DNA of 64,000 nt from Nostoc sp. GTDB lineage: Bacteria; Cyanobacteriota; Cyanobacteriia; Cyanobacteriales; Nostocaceae. Positions 49,809-60,853 of this stretch are shown piece after piece; within the stretch, counting starts at the first letter, position 1, and each line of letters opens with the position of its first letter. The stretch covers positions 1 through 64,000 of the forward strand of contig JBALDB010000028.1 of assembly GCA_036918135.1 (NCBI GenBank). The letters run 5' to 3'. The translations under genes and the position numbers were made by a program. The notes under the pieces are model-generated. The model saw only the letters and a list, made by a program, of their open reading frames with translations. It made no database searches and was not told the origin of the DNA.

Positions 49809-51125
49809 TTAGTTATTGACTTGACCATATAGGTCGTATGTATCAGCGTGGTGAATCGTTACTGGCACGATGGTTCCTAACTTTGCCTGTCCTTGGACAT
49901 AGACTTGACCATCGACCTCTGGGGAAAATCTACCTGAACGACCGATTAATTCACCACTTTCAGGATTTTCTTGCTCAATCAGGACATCGACAATTTTGCC
50001 TACTTCCTGTTGATTTTTCTTTTGGGAAATCGGTTGCTGGAGTTCCATCAGTTGGTCTCGGCGTTCGTCCATCACTTCTTGAGACAACTGATTTGGCAGC
50101 TTGTAGGCGGGGGTTCCTTCTTCTGGCGAAAAGGTGAACACGCCAACATGATCGAATTCATGCCGTTGGACGAACTCTAGTAAATGCTCAAAATGCTCGC
50201 TTGTTTCTCCGGGAAAACCAACAATAAATGTTGTCCGCAGTACGGCTGTTGGTAGCGCCGTTTTAATGCGATCTATAATCCCATCATTTACACGCCCTTG
50301 CCAAGGACGGTTCATGGCGCGGAGAATTTCTCCATGAGAATGTTGCAAGGGCAAATCGAGATACGGCAGGACGTTGGGTGTTTCTTTGATTGCCGCTATT
50401 ACATCTAGTGTCAATCCTGTGGGATAAGCATAGTGGATTCTGATCCACGGTATATTCACTTTCCCCAAAGCACGCAGTAATTGGGCTAACTTTGGCTGAC
50501 CGTAAATATCCATACCGTAATTAGTCGTGATTTGGGAAATTAAAATAATTTCTTGTACCCCTTGACTAACTAACTGCTCGGCTTCAGCGACTATCGATTC
50601 AATAGTACGCGATCGCTGGTTTCCTCTTAAATGAGGAATTATACAAAACGCACAACGATAATCACATCCTTCGGCAACCCTGAGGTAAGCTACACCTTCT
50701 GTTGTAGTGCGATAGCGCGGTGTAGTTTCGTCGGCAATGTAGGTTGGTTCGATACTAACCTGTTTGACCCGTTCGCCTTGTTCTACACGCTCAATTACAT
50801 TTACAATTTTCTGATAATCACCTGTACCTACCACTGCTACTGCTTCGGGCAACTCATCCAAAAGTTGTTCTTGAAAATGTTGCGCCATACAGCCAGTAAT
50901 CACAATTTTTTTATTTGCTTCTGCCAGTTCTACCAAAGTTCTGACAGATTCAAGTCTTGCTGCTTCAATAAAACTACACGTATTAACAATAACGTAATCT
51001 GCTAACTCTTCATTCGTATCTACACCATAGCCTGCCTCTACCAGCATTCCCAGCATGTGTTCTGTATCAATTCGATTTTTCTCGCAGCCCAAGTGAGAAA
51101 TGGCAATTGTTGGCTTTTCACCCAT
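49809..51125 (-). CDS. rimO: Ribosomal protein S12 methylthiotransferase RimO
   Basis: [36 protein letters not shown]-terminal TRAM domain. Confidence 0.96.
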   Translation of the reverse strand: MGEKPTIAISHLGCEKNRIDTEHMLGMLVEAGYGVDTNEELADYVIVNTCSFIEAARLESVRTLVELAEANKKIVITGCMAQHFQEQLLDELPEAVAVVGTGDYQKIVNVIERVEQGERVKQVSIEPTYIADETTPRYRTTTEGVAYLRVAEGCDYRCAFCIIPHLRGNQRSRTIESIVAEAEQLVSQGVQEIILISQITTNYGMDIYGQPKLAQLLRALGKVNIPWIRIHYAYPTGLTLDVIAAIKETPNVLPYLDLPLQHSHGEILRAMNRPWQGRVNDGIIDRIKTALPTAVLRTTFIVGFPGETSEHFEHLLEFVQRHEFDHVGVFTFSPEEGTPAYKLPNQLSQEVMDERRDQLMELQQPISQKKNQQEVGKIVDVLIEQENPESGELIGRSGRFSPEVDGQVYVQGQAKLGTIVPVTIHHADTYDLYGQVNN

Positions 51126-51931
51126 ATTTTGAAAACATCTTCAGTTTTTTTTAATCAAATCGTTCTAGTGCTAACTTTACTTTTTGCTATTAGTATCCTC
51201 ATGAGAACATTAACAGCGGCAAATTCCCACTGTCAGCAAATGCCCATTAACCTATGACCCTATTAATAATAAAAATAGAGGTCATGTTATGATATTTCTA
51301 TCAATCTGTTCCCCAGGGTATATTGAAGTGTCTTTGGGTACATTTGACACTTGTAACGTTCTTTAACAATTCGCCTATTGGTATTTTACATTACCACAGC
51401 GTGTGCGTTGTTAATCTACCCATCGGGAAGCCGCCTAAAGGGCTTGTTGTGAGAAGTCGCTACCCTCAGGGAAATCGCCTTCGCGACTACGCCCATAAAG
51501 CAGTAATGCTACCCTGGCGAATGGCTAGTCCTACGACTGGGCGCGGACGAGACGCCTAAACCACGGAAAGCTGCCTCGCATGTTGTGAGTGGCAAACTCC
51601 TCTTGTAGCCAAGTTTTATCTTAACATATCTTATGACATGTTTGACGCCAATTTCCATCTTAAGAAGGAGGCAGCAAACTGACCAACATAAAAACAGATT
51701 TAATATTAATGAAGGAAATGGGGTATTTAAGAATGCTGAATTCTGAATTCTTCAGTTGTGAATTCTGAATTCTGAGTTTTGTAAAATTGACTTATGCAAA
51801 ATCATTCAAAATTAAAAAAGCTGATGAGTTAAGCTTTTCAGGTATTTTGAATTGTAGGTATATTTGGGTCTTGTAGTACTAGCCTTTAATCTCTAGTCTC
51901 TAATCCCCAATCCCTCGCAATAATTAAAGAC

Positions 51932-52780
51932 GTGGACTTATATCAGCTATTTAAAACTCGCTCACCGATTATTGGCGTGGTTCACCTGCTACCACTGCCA
52001 ACCTCACCCCGTTGGGGAGGTAGCTTGAAAGCGGTAATTGACCGTGCCGAACAAGAAGCCGCAGCTTTGGCAAGCGGAGGGGTTGACGGCATGATAGTAG
52101 AGAATTTTTTTGACGCGCCCTTTACTAAAAACCAAGTAGATCCAGTGGTTGTGAGTGCCATGACCATTGTGGTACAGCGGATACAGAATTTGGTGACATT
52201 ACCTGTAGGGTTAAATGTGTTGCGAAACGACGCCAAAAGTGCAATGGCGATCGCTAGCTGTGTTCAGGCACAATTTATCCGCGTTAACGTCCTCACAGGG
52301 GTGATGGCAACCGATCAGGGATTAATAGAGGGAGAAGCCCATCAATTACTCCGCTATCGACGGGAGTTAGGCAGCGATGTTAAAATTCTGGCCGATGTAT
52401 TAGTGAAGCACGCCCGTCCTTTGAGTTCTCCAAATCTCACAGTCGCCGTGAAAGACACCATTGAAAGGGGTTTAGCAGACGGGGTGATTTTGTCTGGTTG
52501 GGCTACTGGTAGCCCTCCTAACTTAGAAGATTTGGAACTAGCTTGTGGTGCCGCAGTTGGCACGCCAGTGTTCATCGGTAGTGGGGCCAACTGGGAAAAT
52601 ATTGATACATTGATGCAGGCAGCAGATGGTGTCATAGTTTCCAGTTCTCTGAAACGTCACGGACGGATAGAGCAACCCATCGATCCGATTCGTGTCAGTC
52701 AATTTGTGGAAGCTGCGCGTCGCAGTTGGAACTCAAAAGGTGAAAGCAAGTCAGCAGGACAAGTGAAATTACATTCTTAG
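51932..52780 (+). CDS. btpA: Photosystem I biogenesis protein BtpA
   Basis: IIGVVHLLPLP, ENFFDAPF, NVLRND, ADVLVKHA. Confidence 0.93.
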   Translation: MDLYQLFKTRSPIIGVVHLLPLPTSPRWGGSLKAVIDRAEQEAAALASGGVDGMIVENFFDAPFTKNQVDPVVVSAMTIVVQRIQNLVTLPVGLNVLRNDAKSAMAIASCVQAQFIRVNVLTGVMATDQGLIEGEAHQLLRYRRELGSDVKILADVLVKHARPLSSPNLTVAVKDTIERGLADGVILSGWATGSPPNLEDLELACGAAVGTPVFIGSGANWENIDTLMQAADGVIVSSSLKRHGRIEQPIDPIRVSQFVEAARRSWNSKGESKSAGQVKLHS

Positions 52781-52897
52781 GGAGTGGGGAGTAGGGAACG
52801 GGGACTAGGGACTAGTGACTAGAAAAAGTTTTCTAAATGCCCAATCCCCAGTACCCAATCCCTAGTACCCCTTATCCCCAGTACCCAATAGCAGTTT

Positions 52898-53884
52898 ATG
52901 ATTCGCCGCCGTTCTACTCCTTGGATTCATAAGTGGTCACGTCCATTGATTGCCGCGATCGCTGGATGTGGTGCCTTGACAACAGGTTATCTCGCTGTAG
53001 AAAAGTTAACCGGAGGCAGTGCAGCTTGTGTGGCACAGGCTGGTGTCAAAGGCTGTAATGATGTGCTTTCTAGTCCTTGGGCAACAGTTCTTGGTCAGCC
53101 ATTAGCTTTGTTTGGGTTTTTAGCATACACCAGTATGGTGATATTCGCTTTGGCTCCGTTGGCACTCAACTCAAAGGATAATAATAGTCGCAAGCAGCTG
53201 GAAAATTGGACTTGGTGGCTGTTGTTGGTGGGTGCGATCGCTATGTCTGTATTTAGCGGCTACTTAATGTATCTACTGACATTCCAAATCAAAGCTTTTT
53301 GTCCTTACTGTATCGGATCGGCCTTGTTCTCCACTAGTCTTTTGGTACTAACAATTATTGGTCGCACTTGGGAGGATATTGGACAAATCTTTTTTACTGC
53401 CATTATTGTTGGGATGGTGACGCTGATTGGTACTTTAGGCATTTATGCTGGCGTTAATCAATCAGATGTCACATCTGGAACTTCTGGACAACCTGTAAAA
53501 ATTTCCTTTGCTCCCAACGTAGATCCTAACCCAGCAATCGGTGGGTGGGAAATTACCACTACTTCTGGTGAGGCAGAAATAGCCCTAGCACAACATTTGG
53601 TGAAGATAGGCGCTAAGGAATACGTCGCTTATTGGTGTCCTCACTGCCACGAACAAAAGATGCTGTTTGGCAAAGAAGCTTACCAAGAAATCAACAATAA
53701 TATTAAGGTAGAGTGTGCCCCTGAAGGACTCAAAGCTCAACCAGAATTGTGCAAAGCTGCAAAAATTGAAGGTTTCCCGACTTGGATTATTAATGGGAAA
53801 AGCTATAGCGGAGTGCAAAATTTAGAGGAACTAGCAAAAGTTTCTAGTTACACAGGCCCTCGTAACTTCAAATATTTTAAGTAA
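52898..53884 (+). CDS. Vitamin K epoxide reductase-thioredoxin fusion (VKOR/LTO1-like)
   Basis: GCNDVLSSPWA, FCPYC, WCPHC, GFPTWIING. Confidence 0.93.
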   Translation: MIRRRSTPWIHKWSRPLIAAIAGCGALTTGYLAVEKLTGGSAACVAQAGVKGCNDVLSSPWATVLGQPLALFGFLAYTSMVIFALAPLALNSKDNNSRKQLENWTWWLLLVGAIAMSVFSGYLMYLLTFQIKAFCPYCIGSALFSTSLLVLTIIGRTWEDIGQIFFTAIIVGMVTLIGTLGIYAGVNQSDVTSGTSGQPVKISFAPNVDPNPAIGGWEITTTSGEAEIALAQHLVKIGAKEYVAYWCPHCHEQKMLFGKEAYQEINNNIKVECAPEGLKAQPELCKAAKIEGFPTWIINGKSYSGVQNLEELAKVSSYTGPRNFKYFK

Positions 53885-54443
53885 TTGCCAAGAAGCCTGT
53901 TTCTGGCAACTTGACTTTTAGATTCCATAGTTAACTGGATAAAGACAGCAAGTCCGTTTCCGGTTAACTTTTTTATTTTTGGTAATATTGGTTTGGTGAT
54001 AGATAATACGTGTCGTCCAATACTCAATTCTTTATTGAGTATTCAGAAGTAAAACAGGCTTAATGCCTAGCTTTAAGACCAAGTTTGCCTAGTTCAAAAC
54101 TTAGAATCTGCTGTATCAACTTTCTTGCGGCTTTCACCTACAAACATCTCAAGCTGAAGGAACTTGATTAAGTATACTGGCTCTCATGCAATGTGTACTT
54201 TAATTTATTTTTGCAGCACATGGAAGCCGGCTTCGGGTGTAATTATGTCAGCGCTAAACGCCAAAGTGTGTCTGTTGAAGTTACTCTCAATATGCTTTTG
54301 TTATTAGTGAAAAAAGGCGAATCCAATGAGCAAAATTACCTTCCTCAACATTTGTGTAGAAGCAAAGAACAGTCCCTAGATGTTTCTGGAAGTTTTCAGA
54401 AGGGGAGTTACAAGCCGAATTTCATAACTTTGGGAGCGGCTTA

Positions 54444-56642
54444 ATGAATAAACAGCTACGCAAGTGTTTTGTCAAGTTAATCATTGGACTGAAACAATCG
54501 CTTAGTCGAGAACACAAGGAAATGATGACTGCTGCTGGTGTTGCAGTCTGCATCCTACTTTTGCGCTCTATCGGACTATTACAATCCTTAGAATTGGCAG
54601 GTTTGGATCAATTTTTTCGCTTACGTCCAAATGAACCGCCAGAAGAACGTATTACTATCGTTGTGATTGATGAAGCCTACTTAGATCAAGTAGGTTCCTG
54701 GCCAATTCCAGATCGGAATATTGCCCAGTTACTGGAAAAATTAAATGTCCACAAACCACGTGCTATCGGCTTGGATATCTACCGAAACTTGCCAGTAGAG
54801 CCTGGTCATCAGGAATTACGTAATGTTTATCAGTCAATGCCAAACTTAATTGGTATTGAACTATTAACAAATGAAAAAAACCTTACAGTTTTACCTCCAC
54901 TAGGACTCAATAAGGAGCAAGTAGGTTTTAATAACGTGCTATATGACCCTGATGGCAAAGTACGTCGCAGCTTGTTGTATTGGCACGTTAAGGATAAGGT
55001 ACACGAAAGTTTTGCGTTGAAGCTGGCTTTATTGTATTTAAAATCAGAGGACATTACTCCTAAACAAGCAAAAAGCAACCCTGAGTATTTGCAATTGGGT
55101 AAAGCGGTATTTACTCGTTTTGAAGCTAATGATGGTGCCTATGTTGGAGCTGATGCCAGAGGCTACCAAATTTTGTCTAATTTTCCTAAGCCCAAATCTC
55201 AAAATTCATCTGTAGAATTTTCCCATTTTCATCAAGTATCAATGAGCGATGTACTCGCAGATAAAGTCCAAGAAAACTTAATTAAAGATCGGATTATACT
55301 TGTTGGCTCTACTGCACCTAGTCTCCAGGATTTTGTATTTATTCCCTATTCCAGTAGCTTGATGGGTACAGCAAAGCCTGTGGCTGGTATCGAATTACAA
55401 GCTTATTTTATTAGTGAGTTAATCTCAGCAGCTCTTGAGGGAAGACCATTACTCAAAGTCTGGGCTGAATTACTGGAATACTTGTGGATTTTTGTCTGGT
55501 CTTATGCGGGCGCTATCACCACATGGCGGATACAAGATGTAACGAAAAGCTTCCTCAGTGTCCTCGTTTGTTGCTTTGTATTAACCATCAGTGCCTATGT
55601 AGCTTTTTTATATGGTTGGTGGATACCGCTGATTCCTGGGCTATTTACTTTTGGGATTTCAGCTATCTGGATGACGAGTCATATTGCCCATATACAGGAA
55701 GAGTGGAAACGCTCTAAGGAGTTTTTACATCACGTAATCAACACGATTCCCGATCCAATCTTTGTGAAAAATGAACAACATCAGTGGATTGTTTTAAATG
55801 AGGCATATTGTCGATTCATCGGTTATCCGAATAAGTTATTAATTGAAAAGTCAGACTATGACTTTTTCCCTAAACATGAAGCTGATGTGTTTCGACAACA
55901 GGATGAGCTGGTTTTTCGGACTCAGCAACCCCATGAAAACGAAGAAGAATTTACAAATGCAGATGGTCAGACTCATCTAATTGCCACTAAGCGATCGCTC
56001 CACAAAGACTCAGCTGGCAATTTCTTTTTAGTTGGGGTAATCCGAGATATTACTCAACGCAAGTTGATGGAGGAAGAACTCAAGCGTACTGCTGCTGAGT
56101 TATTTCGCTCTAACAATGAATTAAAACTCAAAGAAGACCATTTGCGTTATATAGCATATCACGATCCCCTGACAGGTTTATCCAATCGCAAATTTTTTGC
56201 CGAACAACTTTACGAGTCGCTCCACTGGGCGCAACATAATAACTTGTTGCTGGGACTGCTGTTTATCGATCTAGACGGGTTTAAGCAAGTTAATGATACT
56301 TTAGGGCATGAGATGGGCGATCGCCTGCTGATGACTATCGCCGATCGACTCAGCAATTCTTTACGCGCTAGTGATACAGTTTCTCGGTTGGGTGGCGATG
56401 AATTTACTGTGATTTTACGAGCAATTCCCAATGTACAGGTAGCTGCTAAAGTCGCCGAAAAAATTTTAAGCGGTATTACCACGCCTATTGTTTTGGATGG
56501 GTATGCAATCCGAGTCTCTGCCAGTATTGGTATTAGTGTCTATCCATACAACAGCCAAGACAGTGAAACTTTGATGAAACAAGCAGATGCAGCAATGTAC
56601 CGTGCTAAACGCTCAGGTAAAAATCGCTACGAGTTTGCCTAA
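54444..56642 (+). CDS. CHASE2-PAS-GGDEF diguanylate cyclase
   Basis: ITIVVIDE..WPIPD, AIGLDIYR, D.DGKVRR (CHASE2), three TMs, PDPIFVKN (PAS), HDPLTGLSNR, RASD I-site and RLGGDEF. Confidence 0.93.
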   Translation: MNKQLRKCFVKLIIGLKQSLSREHKEMMTAAGVAVCILLLRSIGLLQSLELAGLDQFFRLRPNEPPEERITIVVIDEAYLDQVGSWPIPDRNIAQLLEKLNVHKPRAIGLDIYRNLPVEPGHQELRNVYQSMPNLIGIELLTNEKNLTVLPPLGLNKEQVGFNNVLYDPDGKVRRSLLYWHVKDKVHESFALKLALLYLKSEDITPKQAKSNPEYLQLGKAVFTRFEANDGAYVGADARGYQILSNFPKPKSQNSSVEFSHFHQVSMSDVLADKVQENLIKDRIILVGSTAPSLQDFVFIPYSSSLMGTAKPVAGIELQAYFISELISAALEGRPLLKVWAELLEYLWIFVWSYAGAITTWRIQDVTKSFLSVLVCCFVLTISAYVAFLYGWWIPLIPGLFTFGISAIWMTSHIAHIQEEWKRSKEFLHHVINTIPDPIFVKNEQHQWIVLNEAYCRFIGYPNKLLIEKSDYDFFPKHEADVFRQQDELVFRTQQPHENEEEFTNADGQTHLIATKRSLHKDSAGNFFLVGVIRDITQRKLMEEELKRTAAELFRSNNELKLKEDHLRYIAYHDPLTGLSNRKFFAEQLYESLHWAQHNNLLLGLLFIDLDGFKQVNDTLGHEMGDRLLMTIADRLSNSLRASDTVSRLGGDEFTVILRAIPNVQVAAKVAEKILSGITTPIVLDGYAIRVSASIGISVYPYNSQDSETLMKQADAAMYRAKRSGKNRYEFA

Positions 56643-57394
56643 TTTAGCAAGAGTTAAGCCTTCTAAATTTTATTTATAAAGTATTTTTTTTTACCATGTT
56701 TTTTGCAATTTGGGCTTAATAGGCATCCAAAGCACTGTTTTGTAAAAGCATTGCATACTGTTTAAGAGGTAGCTTTTTAGCCAAAATCTAAACTCAGCAA
56801 GGCTTTTCCCTCTTAAAACTCAACCCCATCGAAGAGGTAAGAAAGAAATTAGTCAATCTCAGTAATTAAAAAATTTATTTTTTAAAGTAAGTATTTTTTA
56901 CATTAAAATATATCTCTATACTTAAGTAAAATATTACCTCTATAAATAGTTAAGCAACTTCTGTAAAGCTTGAAATGTAGGAGTTATAGATTTTTAACTT
57001 TATATTTATTTACTTTCTATGAGCGAATACTATGAAAACTTTAAAGTATTATTTTATATATTTTTTTGGCTAGTTATTTTTGAACTTAGTGTTTATACTT
57101 AAAATTATTAAGATATTATTAATAAATAGTGAACTAGGCAAACTGCTCATGGCAATTCATCAAGATATCTAACTTAAGACTGATGCATAAATAGGACATT
57201 TAGGAATATTTCTTAAGTATTAAGACTATTTAATACCAGCGAATTGATTTTGCTCTGCAAACTAATAGCACAATTACTTGTCTATTACGAGCATAAACTA
57301 ATAATTTTGGAATATTCTAAATCTATTTAAGTAAATGCACTTATTTAAAAAAAGATACCATTTCAAATAGAAAATAGTAAAAATACTGACAATA

Positions 57395-57631
57395 ATGAAA
57401 ATTAACTTACGGATAATAAAGTTTATAATAATTTGTATAGGTATTTACATAGTAATACCCCAAATTGTGGGTTATACTGGTGTGTTCAGTACTGCAAGTG
57501 CTACTAGTCTTAGCCCTAATGCCAGCAACACCTTAATCGCCCGGAAAGTCAATTCTCAGGATTTAAAAGACACATATATCCCGCCAAATTATGGTGGTCC
57601 TGACAGTCAGCATGGCAGTGGTACTCGCTAA
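57395..57631 (+). CDS. Small secreted protein / putative signalling-peptide precursor
   Basis: Signal peptide (..STASA), spacer with LIAR, C-terminal YIPPNYGGPDSQHGSGTR. GC content rises over the C-terminal codons within an AT-rich region. Confidence 0.75.
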   Translation: MKINLRIIKFIIICIGIYIVIPQIVGYTGVFSTASATSLSPNASNTLIARKVNSQDLKDTYIPPNYGGPDSQHGSGTR

Positions 57632-58013
57632 CATTAATTTTGGATTTTGCGGCAAGTAAGATGAAAAGGGACTCGGAATTGGGGGAGCAGAGGGAGAATA
57701 TATAATTCCTAATGGAGCTTTCAAAGTCTCCAAGGAGGCTCCTAACTCAACATGAGTTCGATAGATTCTTCACAACCCCTGCTTAAACACACTTATTGTT
57801 TGCTAAGCTGTTCCACGTTTAAGAAAGCATATATTTTCCTGTTGACTGTTGAGAGCTGATGCTTGAGTGTTAACAGTCAGATTTCAACGAACCTCAACTT
57901 CTCTACAAGTTTGGCTAATCACTTATTACAAAAATGTCTTCGCATCAGAGCCTCAGCCCTGATGGCACGCCTTCAACCGAATATATTAATATGACTGACC
58001 ATCAGCGACTTGA

Positions 58014-59711
58014 CTACAACGCCGTCCCTGAAATCTCAAGCAATACTGAAGATTTCCACCAGTGGTGTGTTTGTACAAGTGTATGGACTTGCCAATTTAA
58101 ATCTGGTTGAGGATAGTCTAAACGGTAGTGTCCGCCCCGGCTTTCGGTTCTAAAAGCCGCACTTTTGAGAATTAAATTAGCTACATCTAATAAATTGCGG
58201 GTTTCTGCCCAAAGTCGCAGTTGGGCTTCAACATCTGGGAGGTCAAAACTAGCTGGTTCTGCTGGACGTAAAGCTAACAAAAATTGAGTTAAAGGTAAGG
58301 CAGCGAAATCTTGCTGCCAAGATTCTACAGTGGCGATCGCAGTTTCTAACCCTGACTGTTCCCGGCAAATACCAGCATGTTGCCACACTAAACGCGGTAA
58401 CTTTTCCCTAAGTGTTTCTAACTGTGCTTGCTGAGTCTGCCACTCGCTGGCATCAGCTGTAAATTTCCGCAATGGTAGTACTGGTGTTTCTAAGGGTAAC
58501 CCAATGTCTGCCAACTCAATATTAGCCATCTGGGCACCGAATACAATACATTCTAGTAGGGAATTACTCGCAAGGCGATTTGCTCCATGTACTCCAGTAC
58601 TGGCAGTTTCACCGACTGCGTATAAACCGGGAATATTGGTGCGATTCATTAAATCTGCAACAATCCCACCCATCCAGTAATGGGCAGCAGGGGCTACAGG
58701 AATTGGTTCATTGAAGACATCAATACCCCAATGCTGACAAACTTTGATGATATTAGGAAAGCGGTGACGAATCTTGTCGGCGGGAATGGGGCGCATATCT
58801 AACCATACATGGGCAGTGGCCAGATCCAAGGCTGTATGTTGTAAATGGCTAAAAATCGCTCTACTGACTACATCTCTAGGCGCGAGTTCACCAGCTGGGT
58901 GGTAGTCAAAGGCAAAACGCCGCCCTTGGTTATCAATCAGGTGTGCCCCCTCGCCGCGTACAGCTTCGCTAATCAAAAAGCGATCTGCACCCGGTTTAGT
59001 AAGGGCAGTGGGATGAAATTGGACAAATTCTAAATCGCGGAGGATAGCCCCAGCTCGAGCTGCGATCGCTACGCCATCACCTGTACTCACAGCCGGATTG
59101 GTGGTTTGGGCAAATACCTGACCGCCGCCACCAGTTGCTAGTACCACAGCACCAGCTCTTACCCATGTGATTTTACCTTGATAAAACAGGCTAATTCCCT
59201 GACAGCATTTACTTTGGGGTTCAATCCACAAACTTAAAGCCAAAGCTTGCTGAATAACTTGAATATTTTGGCGGCGCAGAACTTGGGCGGTGAGGGTAGT
59301 GGTAACTTCTCGTCCTGTGGTGTCGGCAGCGTGGAGAACACGGTGGCGAGAATGGGCGGCTTCCAAAGTTAAAGCCAAAGCTTGACCGTGACGGTCAAAA
59401 GCAACCCCCAAGTTAACTAAAGACTGAATGCAGCTAGGGGCATGTTCGGCGAGAAATTCTACAGCAGCGCGATCGCATAAACCTGCACCTGCCCGGATTG
59501 TGTCTTCAATGTGCAGCCTTGGAGAATCTTCCGGGGCAACCGCTGCGGCAATACCACCTTGTGCCCAATCACTAGCGGACAAAGCCACAGTTTCTTTGGT
59601 AATCAACCCGACTCGCAGGGACTCTGGTAGACACAGCGCTGTATAAAGTCCAGCAGCACCAGCGCCGACTACTAAAACATCAAATTGGCTAGGAATATCT
59701 ATCTGAGGCAA
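58014..59711 (-). CDS. nadB: L-aspartate oxidase
   Basis: VVGAGAAG, SDWAQGGIAA, FVQFHPT, HYWMGG, GVHGANRLASNSLLEC, ESRGGHYR. Confidence 0.96.
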   Translation of the reverse strand: MPQIDIPSQFDVLVVGAGAAGLYTALCLPESLRVGLITKETVALSASDWAQGGIAAAVAPEDSPRLHIEDTIRAGAGLCDRAAVEFLAEHAPSCIQSLVNLGVAFDRHGQALALTLEAAHSRHRVLHAADTTGREVTTTLTAQVLRRQNIQVIQQALALSLWIEPQSKCCQGISLFYQGKITWVRAGAVVLATGGGGQVFAQTTNPAVSTGDGVAIAARAGAILRDLEFVQFHPTALTKPGADRFLISEAVRGEGAHLIDNQGRRFAFDYHPAGELAPRDVVSRAIFSHLQHTALDLATAHVWLDMRPIPADKIRHRFPNIIKVCQHWGIDVFNEPIPVAPAAHYWMGGIVADLMNRTNIPGLYAVGETASTGVHGANRLASNSLLECIVFGAQMANIELADIGLPLETPVLPLRKFTADASEWQTQQAQLETLREKLPRLVWQHAGICREQSGLETAIATVESWQQDFAALPLTQFLLALRPAEPASFDLPDVEAQLRLWAETRNLLDVANLILKSAAFRTESRGGHYRLDYPQPDLNWQVHTLVQTHHWWKSSVLLEISGTAL

Positions 59712-59861
59712 GGTTAAGGGGAGGGTGAAATGGGGATGAGGGAGTAGGGGGAGATAAAGAAGAAAATAAATACTACCTCATCTCCCTTATCTCTAATAGA
59801 ATATCCCACTCTCTATAATCAGGAGTGGGCTGCTATTTGCTACATTAGCTGCAATGTGCAG

Positions 59862-60290
59862 TTATCTGTAGATGCCGTTGTTAAACCGATCGTCTCCCTC
59901 AATGAAGGCTGACTCTGGTTCTGTGACGGTGAAATGATCGAAGTTGGCTTGCAGGGTTTGTTTTTGGCGATCGCTCAATCCTCCAATATTTAATACATCG
60001 TCTATGCTTTGGTAGGGAGCATTTTTAATGATTAGCTTCGCAAGGGTGGGATAAAGCCCTGGATACTGTTGAAAAGCTCGGACGTTGGTATTATTCAAAT
60101 CAATTTTTTTACCGAATTCCGTTGCTAACTTCCTGTCTGCCTTATTCTGCCGTTCAATTGCCAGAACTGGGACTTGGGGAAAAGCAAAGCTGTTGAAACT
60201 AGCAGCTTGGGCTATCTGAGTTGTTCCCAGCCATCCCCAACAACCAAGTAACAAGCTAAACATTGTTAATAAACGCATCAATCCTTTCAC
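59862..60290 (-). CDS. psbU: Photosystem II extrinsic protein PsbU
   Basis: [34 protein letters not shown]. Start GTG 60290 or upstream ATG 60314. Confidence 0.96.
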   Translation of the reverse strand: MKGLMRLLTMFSLLLGCWGWLGTTQIAQAASFNSFAFPQVPVLAIERQNKADRKLATEFGKKIDLNNTNVRAFQQYPGLYPTLAKLIIKNAPYQSIDDVLNIGGLSDRQKQTLQANFDHFTVTEPESAFIEGDDRFNNGIYR

Positions 60291-60853
60291 GATTTTTTTA
60301 CCTCTTTTCATCAAACAGAAATAAAAGTTTTAAGCTAACAGCTGTCAGTGGTTCATTAGTCACTTGTACTGAGCGAACGCGAGTGCGTCTCGTAGAGAAG
60401 CCGAAGTATTGCTCATACCCTGTGGTAAGCCGCTAATGCGTCTACGTTAAAGGACAAAGGACGAAGGACAAAGGACAAAGCCTAATAGCTTAATCAACAC
60501 AGCAGTCATCAGAAACTAATATACAGCGTATTAATATCCACAATATTTACTGTTACTGGGTTTGACTATAATTTTGCTAAAAATTTTTTCCAGTGGTAAG
60601 AGTGACTGCTCTAGTGGCAACACCCTTGCATCTATAAATTACGGTATCATTCCCAGGCTAAACTAAATCTTTTCAAGGCGGTTGATTCTAACTCCCAGGC
60701 GGATACCAGGTTGTAGTATGTCTAATACCGTAAATTCTAGTAAAGATGGCTTTATCCTGGGGAGTAACTATTGTAATATTTCTTAATTAAAAAATTATCT
60801 ACAGCATCATTACTGATGTGCCGTAGATTCGTTTAGAAAAAGTTTTGTTATTT

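Noticed and set aside
51323..51600. 78-aa ORF upstream of rimO
   Set aside because: The frame runs through a cluster of small dispersed repeats and has no protein-like features.
54193..54446. 83-aa ORF abutting the CHASE2 cyclase
   Set aside because: GTG start without an RBS and no recognisable features; more likely promoter/leader sequence.
57130..57200. c-di-GMP-I riboswitch (GGCAAAC seen)
   Set aside because: No GNRA-capped P2 stem, GCAAAG linker or second hairpin is discernible.
57395..57631. PatX/PatS heterocyst inhibitor
   Set aside because: The C-terminus is HGSGTR, not the RGSGR pentapeptide required for HetR binding; only the architecture is similar.
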